Positions 8,831-18,468 are shown, counted from the stretch's first letter. The stretch: DNA of 64,000 nt from an uncultured Candidatus Saccharibacteria bacterium (GCA_964622235.1 CAZUNB010000001.1:9360-73359), one strand, 5' to 3'. The notes: a model not told the origin generated them from the sequence alone. Translations and numbers: made by a program.

Positions 8831-11389
8831 CTACTCACGTGAAAACAGTTTTGCAACTATCTGTGCTAGAGATACACCAGCACTAAGCGTAAGTAGGGCT
8901 GATGATAAAACTATGAATATCTCTTGGTTACTACCTGTTTTTGCAAGCGAGGATGTCGAGTTCGAAAGATTTTTCACTTCACTTAGGTTATTAATACTAA
9001 GACCTACTGGATCAACAATTGTACCATTTGCTAAGTTGTCTTCATCACCGTCGCCACCATCTTGAACAGAGTATTGGAGCAGCAATGCAGGCACTCCACC
9101 GACAGTACTTTCAGTGATGACTGAACCCGGTAAATCTGAATATTTGCTAGTATTAGATTCGAACTTACGTGCAGTAAAACCGTCTTTTGCTAGATCAGTG
9201 AAGAAGTAAGCCTGCATCTCAACCATTTCCCCTGACATAACTCCTTCTACCGTGAAGCTGAGCAGGCCAAAAGGATAATTCTTCCCGATATCTTCAAAAG
9301 CTGCCGCTGCAACTGAAGTTGAAATGATCGTCGTTCCGGCAGGAGAAACCAGTGTGACATACTTATTTGTCTGCGTATTAACAAAGCTAGTAACATTGCT
9401 TTGAGTTGAATCTTTAGCACCATCATCATTACCGTCTCCAGCATTAGGCGCAGCGTCTTCAACTCCGCTCACTATGCCGTCGCCATCAGTGTCGACATTT
9501 GTATACGAGAAAACCTGTATACGATTATTGGCCTGATCAGTAACATAGAATTTTGAGCCGTCATTATTGATAGTGATAGACACCGGAACGTTGAACTCTC
9601 CGTTCCTAGAGCCGAACCGGCCAAATTTGCCGACATAGCTGTAATCGCTCGTATTGAATGCCTGAATACGATTGTTATCCCTTTCAGTAACATAGATTGT
9701 CGAACCATCGGGACTCGTCGCGAGACCACGTGGGTTGCTAAGTTGACCATTGGCGCTACCAATCCCACCAAATTGACCGAGATAGGTATTATCCGCAGCG
9801 TCGAAAACCTGCACACGATTATTGCCAGTATCTGACACAAATATTTTTCCACCTGATATCAGAATTGCTCGCGGAGTACTTAGCTGGCCATCACCAGCAC
9901 CTGCTGAGCCAAATTTGCCAACATAGCTGTTGTCACTAGTGTTGAATATTTGAATGCGGTTGTTGGATAAATCTACAACATAGAATTTCGACCCATCTTC
10001 CGAAAACGTGACACCATAGGGATTGCTGAACTGCCCATTGCCACTACCAGTTACACCCAAGGAACTAACAAAACTATTATCAGAAGTATTAAATATCTGG
10101 ATGCGGTTGTTGGATAAATCGGCTACATATAATTTTGTACCATCTGGCGAGACGGTTAGCGCGTAGGGAGTACTGAATTGTCCAGGAGCACTACCGAGTG
10201 AACCAAACTCACCAACATAGCTGTTGTCACTAGTGTTGAATATCTGAATGCGGTGATTTCCAGAATCTGCAACATATAGTTTAGTATTGTCTTTACTAAG
10301 TGCAGTTTGGTAAGGATTTAAAAACCCTCCAGATTGTTGGCTAGAGCTACCAAATTTAGCCTGGAAGCTGTTGTCACTGGTGTTGAATATTTGGATACGG
10401 TTGTTATAGGTATCCGCGACATATAATTTACTACCGTCAGGACTCACCGCAATACCTTGGGGGTCTTTAAACTGCCCATCACCTGTGCCGTATTCACCAA
10501 TTACAGGTGGAAGCTCTACACCGTCTAAGCCAAACTTTTTCACTTGAGCAAAGCTTCTAGTTGGCCGGACGTTCATCACATGAATTATGTCATTATTATC
10601 GATAACAACATCTGTCGGATATCGCAGCTGATTCAATCCGCCACCCCAATTGCCTATTTGCTTGACATAAGATCCATTGCTATCAAAGACGAGGACTCTT
10701 GCTACCTCTTCTTGAACGTATATATTGTCACTAGAATCAACGGCTACTCCAGTTAGGGAGTGGAAGTCGGGGTCTGGGTTAGAAGCATTTGATACAAACT
10801 GCAAAATATAATTACCTGCGCTGTCAAACTTTTGTATTCTAATATTAGGGTCATCAGCAACAATCACATTACCTTGGCTATCAACGACAATCGCTTTTGG
10901 AAAACAAAAGTTACCGTCTGTTATAGTCTCCTCAGACTTACAGCTGCGTTCGCCAAATTGTCCAATATAAGAATTATTTGTTCCGTTAAAAATCTGAACT
11001 CGGCTGTTTCCAGTATCAGCAACGTAGAGCTTTGAGCCGTCATTATTAAAAGCTAAGTCACTTGGATTAGCAAACTGACCATTTCCACTACCCGAAGTTC
11101 CGAATTTTCCGATATATGAGTTATCCGATGTTTTAAAAATTTGAATTTGGTTGTTGCCTGTGTCCAGTACGTAGAGTTTGGATCCATCTGGCGAAACAGT
11201 AGTCGCCATCGGTTTATCAAATTTCCTATTTTCAGTAACGCCACTCTTTCCGACGACACTATCGAACTCAGGCATAGCCAAAGACGCGTTAGCTGATGAT
11301 GAGTTAATTGACACCACGATAACAACTACTAGAAGTATGACACTGAAAAACGCAATCCTGTAGTTATTTAATAGGGACTTCAGATTCAT
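8831..11389 (-). CDS. Cell-wall-anchored NHL-repeat (beta-propeller) surface protein with LPxTG-type sorting signal (LAKTG)
   Basis: Signal peptide, then at least 12 copies of an NHL-type repeat (GxxGxGxGQFxxPxGvAvxxDGskLYVADtgNNRIQIF). C-terminal LAKTGS motif followed by a hydrophobic stretch and a charged tail (KLFSRE). Confidence 0.75.
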   Translation of the reverse strand: MNLKSLLNNYRIAFFSVILLVVVIVVSINSSSANASLAMPEFDSVVGKSGVTENRKFDKPMATTVSPDGSKLYVLDTGNNQIQIFKTSDNSYIGKFGTSGSGNGQFANPSDLAFNNDGSKLYVADTGNSRVQIFNGTNNSYIGQFGERSCKSEETITDGNFCFPKAIVVDSQGNVIVADDPNIRIQKFDSAGNYILQFVSNASNPDPDFHSLTGVAVDSSDNIYVQEEVARVLVFDSNGSYVKQIGNWGGGLNQLRYPTDVVIDNNDIIHVMNVRPTRSFAQVKKFGLDGVELPPVIGEYGTGDGQFKDPQGIAVSPDGSKLYVADTYNNRIQIFNTSDNSFQAKFGSSSQQSGGFLNPYQTALSKDNTKLYVADSGNHRIQIFNTSDNSYVGEFGSLGSAPGQFSTPYALTVSPDGTKLYVADLSNNRIQIFNTSDNSFVSSLGVTGSGNGQFSNPYGVTFSEDGSKFYVVDLSNNRIQIFNTSDNSYVGKFGSAGAGDGQLSTPRAILISGGKIFVSDTGNNRVQVFDAADNTYLGQFGGIGSANGQLSNPRGLATSPDGSTIYVTERDNNRIQAFNTSDYSYVGKFGRFGSRNGEFNVPVSITINNDGSKFYVTDQANNRIQVFSYTNVDTDGDGIVSGVEDAAPNAGDGNDDGAKDSTQSNVTSFVNTQTNKYVTLVSPAGTTIISTSVAAAAFEDIGKNYPFGLLSFTVEGVMSGEMVEMQAYFFTDLAKDGFTARKFESNTSKYSDLPGSVITESTVGGVPALLLQYSVQDGGDGDEDNLANGTIVDPVGLSINNLSEVKNLSNSTSSLAKTGSNQEIFIVLSSALLTLSAGVSLAQIVAKLFSRE

Positions 11390-11529
11390 AATTTCTTGCC
11401 TTTCTTGGCTATTATTGACTTTGTTAAATTCGTTTTTTTGTTTTTTGTTTGGTAACTACATTATATCACAAAAAAACATGAGCATTATCTATTTTAATAT
11501 CAACTCAAACGAAAAAAGATACAAAAATA

Positions 11530-12639
11530 TTACTCCCAGCGGAAGACGCGGAAGGCGATGACGTAGATAATTACTAGCCAGATGCCAATTAGTCCAAGCT
11601 GCGGACCAATTTCCCAGAGATGCTTGCCCTCGGTAGCAATCAAACGAATACCATCGATAATCGGAGTTAGAGGAATAAACGCCGAGATATTCTGTAGCCA
11701 TTCTGGCATTAGGAACCGCGGGAAAAATGTGCCTGACAAGAACATCATCGGAAAAACGATTATGTTACCGAGCGGAGCGACCTGGCGCTCATTCTTTGCC
11801 CAGCCACCGAGGGCTAGACCAATACCGAGAATTGTTACCGTTCCAAGTACTAGGAATAAAGCTAATTCAAATGGGTTACCAACTACCTTCAAATTAAAAA
11901 CAAGAATTGCTACAGCAAACTGAATCGCAAAAGCTACTAATCCGATGATCCCTTGAGAAATAACGTTCGACAAAAAGTACTGCCAAACACGGAGGGTAGT
12001 TGTGTGGAATCGCCGTAGTATTCCTTGTTTTTTTAATTCAGGGAAGACATTCATAGGACCAAAAATACCGATACCGATAATAGAAAATCCAAGCAAGCCA
12101 GAGAATATGTAGTCGAACGAAGATAGTCCTCGATCGTTAGTCTGCTTTGCTTTGACTGAAAAAGGTGTTTGCTGCTGCACAAACGAAGCGTTTATAGCCT
12201 GGAATTGACCAGTCAAAATTGAGCTTAATGTCTGGCCAGCTTGCTGGTTATTTTGTGAGTAAATTACTTCAGCTTTTCCTGTGGGATAGCCTTTTGTTTG
12301 ATCAATCTCACCAAAGCCTTTAGGTAAGATAATTGCGGCATCTAGTTCGCCTCTATTCATAGCGTCTTTAGCCGCATCGATAGTTTTAATGTTCTCATCA
12401 ACTTTCAAAGAATCGCTTTTCTTGGTTTCTTTGACGTACTTTTGAGAGAACTCAGATTTTGACTGGTTAATTAATCCTACATTAAAGTTGGCATCACCTG
12501 AGTTTCCAAAAATTCCACCAAAAACGAATAAAAAAATCAGTGGAAAGGCAATCGTGAAAAATATTGCTAGCTTATCGCGGAAGAATCGTCTGGTATTAAT
12601 TTTTGTAAAAATAAAAACCGTAAATAATTTTTTGCGCAT
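11530..12639 (-). CDS. ABC-2 family transporter permease
   Basis: 369 aa with an N-terminal TM helix, a large extracytoplasmic loop and five C-terminal TM helices. Sits immediately downstream of an ABC ATPase with a 1-nt gap. Confidence 0.7.
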   Translation of the reverse strand: MRKKLFTVFIFTKINTRRFFRDKLAIFFTIAFPLIFLFVFGGIFGNSGDANFNVGLINQSKSEFSQKYVKETKKSDSLKVDENIKTIDAAKDAMNRGELDAAIILPKGFGEIDQTKGYPTGKAEVIYSQNNQQAGQTLSSILTGQFQAINASFVQQQTPFSVKAKQTNDRGLSSFDYIFSGLLGFSIIGIGIFGPMNVFPELKKQGILRRFHTTTLRVWQYFLSNVISQGIIGLVAFAIQFAVAILVFNLKVVGNPFELALFLVLGTVTILGIGLALGGWAKNERQVAPLGNIIVFPMMFLSGTFFPRFLMPEWLQNISAFIPLTPIIDGIRLIATEGKHLWEIGPQLGLIGIWLVIIYVIAFRVFRWE

Positions 12640-12640
12640 A

Positions 12641-13423
12641 TTAAACTCTCAGCTCTTTTCCAGTTAGATCGATAAATACGTCCTCAAGATTTGCCTGCTC
12701 TACATGTTGTTCCTTCTTAAACCCACGATCAAGCAATTGTTTAATTAAATTCTTTGGTGTGTCGAGCGCAATAATCTTACCCTCGTCCATAACTGCAACT
12801 CGGTCACAGAGGATTTCTGCTTCATCCATGTAGTGAGTTGTAATGATTACGGTAACACCACGATCGCGTACCTGACGTACCAAATCCCAAAGGTTTCGAC
12901 GAGCTTGTGGGTCCAATCCTGTGGTTGGCTCATCTAGGAAAAAGACAGTCGGATCATGGACGAGCGCAGCAGCTATCGAAAACCGTTGTTTTTGACCTCC
13001 AGATAGATTCTCAACAAAACTATTTTTCTTTTGGAGCAGGTCAACATCTTCAAGAAATGTATCGACATCGACTTTTTCACCATAAGCGGCCGCAAATAAC
13101 TCTATCAATTCAGATAACTTAGTCTTGTCCTGAAAACTTGGACTCTGCGGTTGCACTCCGATAATCTTACGGATTTCATACGGATTTTTTGAAACATCAA
13201 TTCCGTCAATCGTCGCACTACCACCATCGATTGGCCGCAGAGCTTCGAGCATTTCCAGGGTTGTGGTTTTACCGGCACCATTTGGACCCAAGATTCCGAA
13301 GACTTCACCTTTTTTAACAGCAAAGCTAATGCTTTTAACGGTCTTCTCACCATCATAAACTTTCTCAAGATTTTTGACCGTAACAATATTCTTTTTAGCA
13401 ATAACTTTCGTTTTTTTAATCAT
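12641..13423 (-). CDS. ABC transporter ATP-binding protein (ABC-2 type partner)
   Basis: Walker A GPNGAGKTT, signature [15 protein letters not shown], Walker B FFLDEPTTGLD, H-loop TTHYM. Confidence 0.85.
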   Translation of the reverse strand: MIKKTKVIAKKNIVTVKNLEKVYDGEKTVKSISFAVKKGEVFGILGPNGAGKTTTLEMLEALRPIDGGSATIDGIDVSKNPYEIRKIIGVQPQSPSFQDKTKLSELIELFAAAYGEKVDVDTFLEDVDLLQKKNSFVENLSGGQKQRFSIAAALVHDPTVFFLDEPTTGLDPQARRNLWDLVRQVRDRGVTVIITTHYMDEAEILCDRVAVMDEGKIIALDTPKNLIKQLLDRGFKKEQHVEQANLEDVFIDLTGKELRV

Positions 13424-13470
13424 AGGAATATATTATACGCCTGTCAAAAATTGGTGTCGATAGACTTTGG

Positions 13471-15000
13471 CTATTTGATTAACCGTAAACGACGAACCAA
13501 AAATATTGATGTGGCAACTGACACAAGTGAGATAGCGATGAGCACTGTCTCTGATTGTCCTGTCTTTGGTAGCGTATTAGCTGCTCCAGAAATACCCAAG
13601 CTATTCACCGCCGTCGTGAACGGTGATTCGTAAGCACCAGAATCATAGGCTAGGCCTTGAGGGCGAACAGAGCCTCTGGCGTCTTGCGTCAGACCAGCTA
13701 TAGTGACACCTGAGTCTATAGCGGGAGAACCAGACATAAGAGCCATGGTTGGAACGTAGCCACCGTTGTTTTGGAGTGGGCCGAGAGTGGAGCCAAGGGC
13801 TGTGAGGTTGTTTTGGTCTTTAACGTGATTAAAATATGTTGAGCAAGTAGTATCGTCACTTAAATTCCCACCGCCACTGGTTAAAGAGCCGTTGAATCCA
13901 CCGCTACCACCAAAAAGTGGCGTGTAGTCGAAGAAACCCTCACAAGCATTAGGCACGCCTAAGCTTTTAATATCAGCGAGTAGTAGATTATCAGTCTCTA
14001 ACGATACGTTTGCAGTACCGCTCACTCCACCACCAGCGACGACTAAACTCGTCGAACCAAAACCGGAGGCTTGTGAACTTTCACCTCCTGCAATATCCGT
14101 AATAGTGGAGTTATTAATCTTGGCAGTTGTGGTAGAATCTTCTGCCCCGGTGTAACTTATTAAGCCGAGACCGATTGCAATTGAGGAAGTCCTGATATTG
14201 GAAATCGTTACATTTTCAAAGTTAGCATTAAGCGTGCTTGGACTTCCACCCGCTATAATGCCCCCCATAACCATAATCCCACTAGCCGTGGCTTCGCTGT
14301 CGGTGTTTTCGATATCGCTCACTGTCGTATTAGAGACAGATAGATTAAGTATGGCCTTATTATTTGTGTATACAAGAATCCCAGGTAATCCTATGCCTGC
14401 AGCTGAACTATTAAATCGGTGCACATAAGAGTTGTTTATCGAAATAGAGGTCATCACGCCGTCTACTCCATTTTCTACTCCGAAACCCGAAAGAGCCAGC
14501 GAAGCCCCCACACTAGTAGCGTTCAAGCCGTCTATCTCAATTCGATCAGCGTCTAGGTTAGCATCTTGAACACCGATACCAAACCCTCTAAAACCCGTCA
14601 CAGTGAAATCAGAAACAGTCAGCATCTCACTGGCAGTCGCTGTTATTTGAATAGTCTGATACTGGCCGTCTCCATCGATAATCGATTGCCCCGCACCAGC
14701 ACCCTTGAATGTTGCAGTTTTAGTCAGTACTGGTAGATCGGCTACCAGCGTTATCGTCCCAGCCGGAAGGTTGATAGTATCATTTACACCATCGCCAGCA
14801 GGACAATCACTACTTGTAGCAGCTTGGTCGTTAATGTTCTGGATAGCTTCACTCAGTGAGCAAGAGCTGTTTGTAGTTGTCTCGTCGTTGCCGACAGCAA
14901 CGTTGAAGCTAGCTGCGTGAGCAGGTGCTGACTGAGCAACTGAAATAATTACAGTGGCGAGCACAGCTAACGGCAAACGTACGAGATTGATATTTTTCAT
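13471..15000 (-). CDS. Secreted right-handed beta-helix surface protein with CSLREA-like N-terminal motif and LPKTG sortase anchor
   Basis: Signal peptide (AHAASF). CSLSEAIQNIN...CPAGDG motif resembles the CSLREA N-terminal domain. Gly/Ser/Thr/Asn-rich repeats typical of parallel beta-helices. C-terminal NNGGYVPT...DQRG...R..G.DSGAYES (choice-of-anchor-type segment). LPKTG plus hydrophobic helix plus RRLRLIK tail. Confidence 0.6.
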   Translation of the reverse strand: MKNINLVRLPLAVLATVIISVAQSAPAHAASFNVAVGNDETTTNSSCSLSEAIQNINDQAATSSDCPAGDGVNDTINLPAGTITLVADLPVLTKTATFKGAGAGQSIIDGDGQYQTIQITATASEMLTVSDFTVTGFRGFGIGVQDANLDADRIEIDGLNATSVGASLALSGFGVENGVDGVMTSISINNSYVHRFNSSAAGIGLPGILVYTNNKAILNLSVSNTTVSDIENTDSEATASGIMVMGGIIAGGSPSTLNANFENVTISNIRTSSIAIGLGLISYTGAEDSTTTAKINNSTITDIAGGESSQASGFGSTSLVVAGGGVSGTANVSLETDNLLLADIKSLGVPNACEGFFDYTPLFGGSGGFNGSLTSGGGNLSDDTTCSTYFNHVKDQNNLTALGSTLGPLQNNGGYVPTMALMSGSPAIDSGVTIAGLTQDARGSVRPQGLAYDSGAYESPFTTAVNSLGISGAANTLPKTGQSETVLIAISLVSVATSIFLVRRLRLIK

Positions 15001-15133
15001 AGATAGACTTTCGTATTTTGGTTAGAGGAAAATGTTTTTTTACATATTTTTGCTTTGATTATGAGTATACATGAGCATATTGAAGAAATATATAGCTAGT
15101 ACTGCTCCTCGGGTGACTATATCTAGGAATTTA

Positions 15134-15292
15134 CTATTTAAGCTTCAAACCAAGCCAAATACCTAAAATTCCGCCGATAAAGCCACCAATCACTGTCCAA
15201 CCAGACATACTAGCCGAGCCAAACAAAACTGGAATGTAGCCACCAATATAAGTTCCTGCGATTGACGTTAATAGAACTGGTTTATTGCCCAT
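15134..15292 (-). CDS. GlsB/YeaQ/YmgE-family small membrane protein (start re-assigned to the internal Met)
   Basis: MGNKPVLLTSIAGTYIGGYIPVLFGSASMSGWTVIGGFIGGILGIWLGLKL matches the Gly-rich two-helix pattern of the transglycosylase-associated (YeaQ/YmgE) family. The upstream 34 codons of the predicted ORF look non-coding. Confidence 0.45.
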   Translation of the reverse strand: MGNKPVLLTSIAGTYIGGYIPVLFGSASMSGWTVIGGFIGGILGIWLGLKLK

Positions 15293-15416
15293 ATTACATA
15301 TTCTAAACCCATATTCCTCACAGCACAAAGCTCTTTTCAGATTCAGCAAATCATAAATATGATGCATAATTTTGTAGCTAAAAAGACAATCCACGGATCA
15401 GCTGGATTTTCTATTT

Positions 15417-15534
15417 GGCTGAGAAAGGGATGAACACTCAACGATAGACTAGCTAACGCTATTCCGTCATCTCGCTAGAAGCTGTCAAATCATAGATTAT
15501 GACAACTATCTAAACCCTCTGTCGGGTTCGCATC
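15417..15534 (-). pseudogene. Degenerate tRNA-Ser-derived repeat, copy 2 (pseudo-tRNA fragment)
   Basis: Minus-strand reading ends ...GTTCATCCCTTTCTCAGCCA, mimicking the T-arm, acceptor and CCA of the adjacent tRNA-Ser. It shares the GGGATGA...CTATTCCGTC core with copies at 15591-15695 and 52022-52118, plus a CTAAACCCTCTnnCGGGTTCG motif also at 52223-52241. No 5' acceptor strand, so it cannot fold as a tRNA. Confidence 0.4.
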
Positions 15535-15590
15535 TTTTTCTCAGAAAAGAGAAAAACGCCCAAAGTCTAAAGACTTGGAAGCTCTTCTCC

Positions 15591-15695
15591 TGGCGGAGAG
15601 AGAGAGAGAGGGATGACGCTCGCTTCGTTCACTATTCCGTCGCTAAGCTCCTTACGAACCCTTTTTGCTTCGCAAAAGTCGGGTTCGAACGCTCA
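15591..15695 (-). pseudogene. Degenerate tRNA-Ser pseudogene fragment, copy 1 (3' half with (CT)n-expanded acceptor)
   Basis: Minus-strand reading is ...CAAAAAGGGTTCGTAAGG-AGCTTAGCGACGGAATAGTGAACGAAGC-GAGCGTCATCCCTC-TCTCTCTCTCTCC-GCCA. It aligns to the tRNA-Ser(CGA) segments ...TCGTGTAAGG-variable arm-GAGGGTTCGAATCCCTC-TCTCTCC-GCCA with a corrupted T-loop. It lies about 35 nt downstream of the intact tRNA. Confidence 0.5.
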
Positions 15696-15731
15696 ACAAA
15701 CTAAAAACAGCCCAAAGGGCTGCGTTTAGTT

Positions 15732-15825
15732 TGGCGGAGAGAGAGGGATTCGAACCCTCGAAGATGATTACTCACCTTACACGATTTCGAGTCGTGCGCC
15801 TTCAACCAGGCTCGGCCACCTCTCC
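15732..15825 (-). tRNA. tRNA-Ser (anticodon CGA), type II with long variable arm
   Basis: Reverse complement folds as acceptor GGAGAGG/CCTCTCC, D-arm, anticodon stem CACGA/TCGTG with loop CTCGAAA (anticodon CGA), a 20-nt variable arm, T-arm GAGGG-TTCGAAT-CCCTC, discriminator G, encoded CCA. It is followed by a CCA-rooted bipartite hairpin at 15690-15734. Confidence 0.8.
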
Positions 15826-15890
15826 ATAGCTTATGAAATTATATCAGCCTATTTCATTCACGACTATCTTGGAATCTATCGAACAAAAGC

Positions 15891-16895
15891 CTATTTATTC
15901 GAATGCCGATGTGGTAAAAACAATTTTGCGCTCAGGCCGATTCCAATAAGTGCTGGAAACCAAAATGACAAAATCCGAAAAGCTAGCACAGCGGCTAATA
16001 TCGTCGACAAAGGATGCCCGTAACTGACAAAAAATGAAGCCGTGATCGTCTCGCTCTCACCTACGCCACCAGGTATTAATGGTACAAATACTGCTAATCG
16101 CGAGAAAAAGTAACCATAGAGGCCTAGTAGATAACTAATGTCTAAATCAAATGCTCGTAAGATAAACCACAATGCTGTCCCTTCAAATATCCAAGTAGCT
16201 GAGAAAAAGAATGCCAACTGCAAAATGTCTCTAGTTTTATAACCTGACTTTTTAACCAGTTGCCAAGGCGCTAAACTAGTTTCACCGACGAACCGTTCAG
16301 AAAATTTCTGAACTTTTTCTTGTACAAAACGAGAATTCCGAGCGAGGAAAATGATTATCACACCAATAGCTAAAATAATCGGTAGAAATCCGATAATACG
16401 ACTGACAGGACTATCTCCGGGTAGTCCGTAAAATATTGTGCTTATAAGTACTGCAAATAAGAACAGTATATTCAGTGTTACAATTGCGACCGAGTAAAGA
16501 ACAACTAGAAATTTTCCAGCCAATTCAACTTGTCGATTTTCTTGCCTCATAATTCGACGCCAAACTAACAGATCACCGAGGATGATAATTTTACTAACGC
16601 CAAGCCCAGCTAGTGATTCAACCAAAGACTGCCAAAAACTGATGTGGATATCTTGGCGTTTAAAAAATTTTTGATATGGAATTACTAGCGTTGAGATTGC
16701 TAGAAGTTCACTTACGATTGCCGCAAGTAAGTAATCAAGTCTGATACTAGCTAAAATCTGGCGATTGTTGGAAAAAAACCATGCTTGATAAGCAATCGTA
16801 ATAATACCGAAAAAAATCAGGGTTATTGTCGCGCCCCGCGTGAAAAATTGTTTTTTGGACGTTGCTTTTTTGGCTTTAAGCATACCTTCTATCAT
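15891..16895 (-). CDS. Polytopic membrane protein (about 8 TM), possibly UPF0104 / lysylphosphatidylglycerol-synthase-TM-like flippase-type domain
   Basis: 334 aa and almost entirely hydrophobic helices separated by short basic loops. No soluble domain. The family call rests on topology only. Confidence 0.4.
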   Translation of the reverse strand: MIEGMLKAKKATSKKQFFTRGATITLIFFGIITIAYQAWFFSNNRQILASIRLDYLLAAIVSELLAISTLVIPYQKFFKRQDIHISFWQSLVESLAGLGVSKIIILGDLLVWRRIMRQENRQVELAGKFLVVLYSVAIVTLNILFLFAVLISTIFYGLPGDSPVSRIIGFLPIILAIGVIIIFLARNSRFVQEKVQKFSERFVGETSLAPWQLVKKSGYKTRDILQLAFFFSATWIFEGTALWFILRAFDLDISYLLGLYGYFFSRLAVFVPLIPGGVGESETITASFFVSYGHPLSTILAAVLAFRILSFWFPALIGIGLSAKLFLPHRHSNK

Positions 16896-16926
16896 ACGCT
16901 AGTTTTTTGAATGCTATACTCCATAT

Positions 16927-17316
16927 ATGAGTGAACAATCCTATCAACCTGGAGTCTGCAATATCAACACCGATGAAATTACCTATCGACGTAAGGCTGG
17001 CTATATAAGCCTTGGAATTACTATTATAATTTTTGTAACTGCAGTTTTATTGAGAAACACTACTATCGCTGGAGCTGTCGCCATTTTTGCTTCAATTTCT
17101 GCTATCAGTTTCCTGCAAGCTCAAAATAAATTCTGCGTGGCATATGCTGGCAGCGGCAAACAAAATGCCACCGAAGGTGAAAAAGAAGCTACGGAGATTA
17201 AAAGTGCTAAAAATCGCGCACTCGATAAAGCCAAAGCCAACAAAATGTATCTTCAAGCCGCGGCTGTCGGCATCCTCGCCGGTGGTATGAGCTTCACATT
17301 AGTCACTCTGCTCTAA
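16927..17316 (+). CDS. Hypothetical small membrane protein (2 TM)
   Basis: 129 aa with two hydrophobic helices (res about 28-60 and about 108-128) and a Lys/Ala-rich soluble middle. Confidence 0.35.
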   Translation: MSEQSYQPGVCNINTDEITYRRKAGYISLGITIIIFVTAVLLRNTTIAGAVAIFASISAISFLQAQNKFCVAYAGSGKQNATEGEKEATEIKSAKNRALDKAKANKMYLQAAAVGILAGGMSFTLVTLL

Positions 17317-17332
17317 AATCGCTTAAGAGTTC

Positions 17333-18430
17333 CTACCTGAGCTGGAGAGTTTCGGCAGAAAAGGTGATATTGAGTGGTTTGATCTCGACCGCTCGTTCGC
17401 CTTCGGCCACGTAACCCGCATCGTAAGCTTTAATTCCATGCTTTTCGCTGGTCTCGATAACTATCTTGGCATGTTCAGCAGGAACGTAAACCGCAAAGCC
17501 AGCGCCCATATTGAACGTGCCGTAGGCTTCTTCGTCGCTGTATTCATTTTGCTCTTGAATAAATGATAGCACCTCCGGGACAGGCGGAAGCTTTTCAATG
17601 ACATATCGTAAATCTTTAGTGTGTCGCATAATTTTGCGCCAACCGTGTCCAGTAATGTGTGCCATGTAGTGGATTGGAACGTTTTGCTCGAACAACTCTG
17701 CGACAACACTAGGATACAAATGTGAAGCTGCCAATAATCCTTGGCCAAAAGTCTGTCCACTTGGAAGCTTAGTTTGATAACCTTCCGGCAACCCCGCAGC
17801 AATTTCACGTGCCAATGAAATTCCATTGGTTTGAATACCAGTTGATTCTAAAAAGACAATTCGATCACCAGAACTGAGCTCATCACCTAAAACCAGTCGA
17901 GATTTTGGTTCTATTAAACCAACACCCGAACCAGCTAACTCGAGTGCACCATCTACAACCATATCTTTTAAGCTTTGGGTCTCGCCCCCTCCCCAAGTTG
18001 CACCAACCAATTCGCAGGCCTGTTGCCAGCCATTAATAAGATCACTGGCTAACTTGTTATCTTCCAACCAATCGTAGCTACTGCTCGACCAATAAGCATT
18101 AATTATCGTTGGTAGCGCACCCACAGTCACCAGGTCATTAGCAATCGTCGAAACAGTGTCAATTGCCGTCTGGCGGAAAAAAGACTCTCCTGTCTGCTCA
18201 TATACGGCCTGAGTAATTAGGCTTTTTGTTCCCAAACCTTCCTGGGTCAAAGCGATATAACCTGTTGATGTCTCAGCTAAAAAGGCACTCTCACCCCGGC
18301 TAGCCGCCATTGCGCTCCAGCCGTGTTTATCGAGTTGTCCAGAAGTTGCTGCAGCAGCTTTTTGTGCCAAAACTTTAACAGGGTCAGCTGCATCGTAATT
18401 TACTGCCTTGTGATAATCATACTTTGCCAT
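17333..18430 (-). CDS. purM: AIR synthase-related (PurM-like) protein, likely phosphoribosylformylglycinamidine cyclo-ligase
   Basis: PurM-superfamily pattern: GLGTKSLI, ANDLVTVGALP (compare CVNDLVVQGAEP), GGGETQSLKD, LAGSGVGLIEPKSRL, SSGDRIVFLESTGIQTNGISLARE (compare SSGPHSNGYSLVRK). purD also lies in the window. It could instead be another PurM-fold enzyme. Confidence 0.6.
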   Translation of the reverse strand: MAKYDYHKAVNYDAADPVKVLAQKAAAATSGQLDKHGWSAMAASRGESAFLAETSTGYIALTQEGLGTKSLITQAVYEQTGESFFRQTAIDTVSTIANDLVTVGALPTIINAYWSSSSYDWLEDNKLASDLINGWQQACELVGATWGGGETQSLKDMVVDGALELAGSGVGLIEPKSRLVLGDELSSGDRIVFLESTGIQTNGISLAREIAAGLPEGYQTKLPSGQTFGQGLLAASHLYPSVVAELFEQNVPIHYMAHITGHGWRKIMRHTKDLRYVIEKLPPVPEVLSFIQEQNEYSDEEAYGTFNMGAGFAVYVPAEHAKIVIETSEKHGIKAYDAGYVAEGERAVEIKPLNITFSAETLQLR

Positions 18431-18468
18431 TTCAGTACTAGTATACCAGATTAAACTAGTATTCTAAG

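Noticed and set aside
15417-15825. Integrated mobile element at the tRNA-Ser 3' end (att-site duplication)
   Set aside because: The duplicated tRNA 3' segments are only about 35-250 nt from the intact tRNA with no cargo between them, and no integrase, recombinase or transposase gene is anywhere in the window. Tandem-duplication decay fits better than a current insertion, though an ancient excision footprint cannot be excluded.
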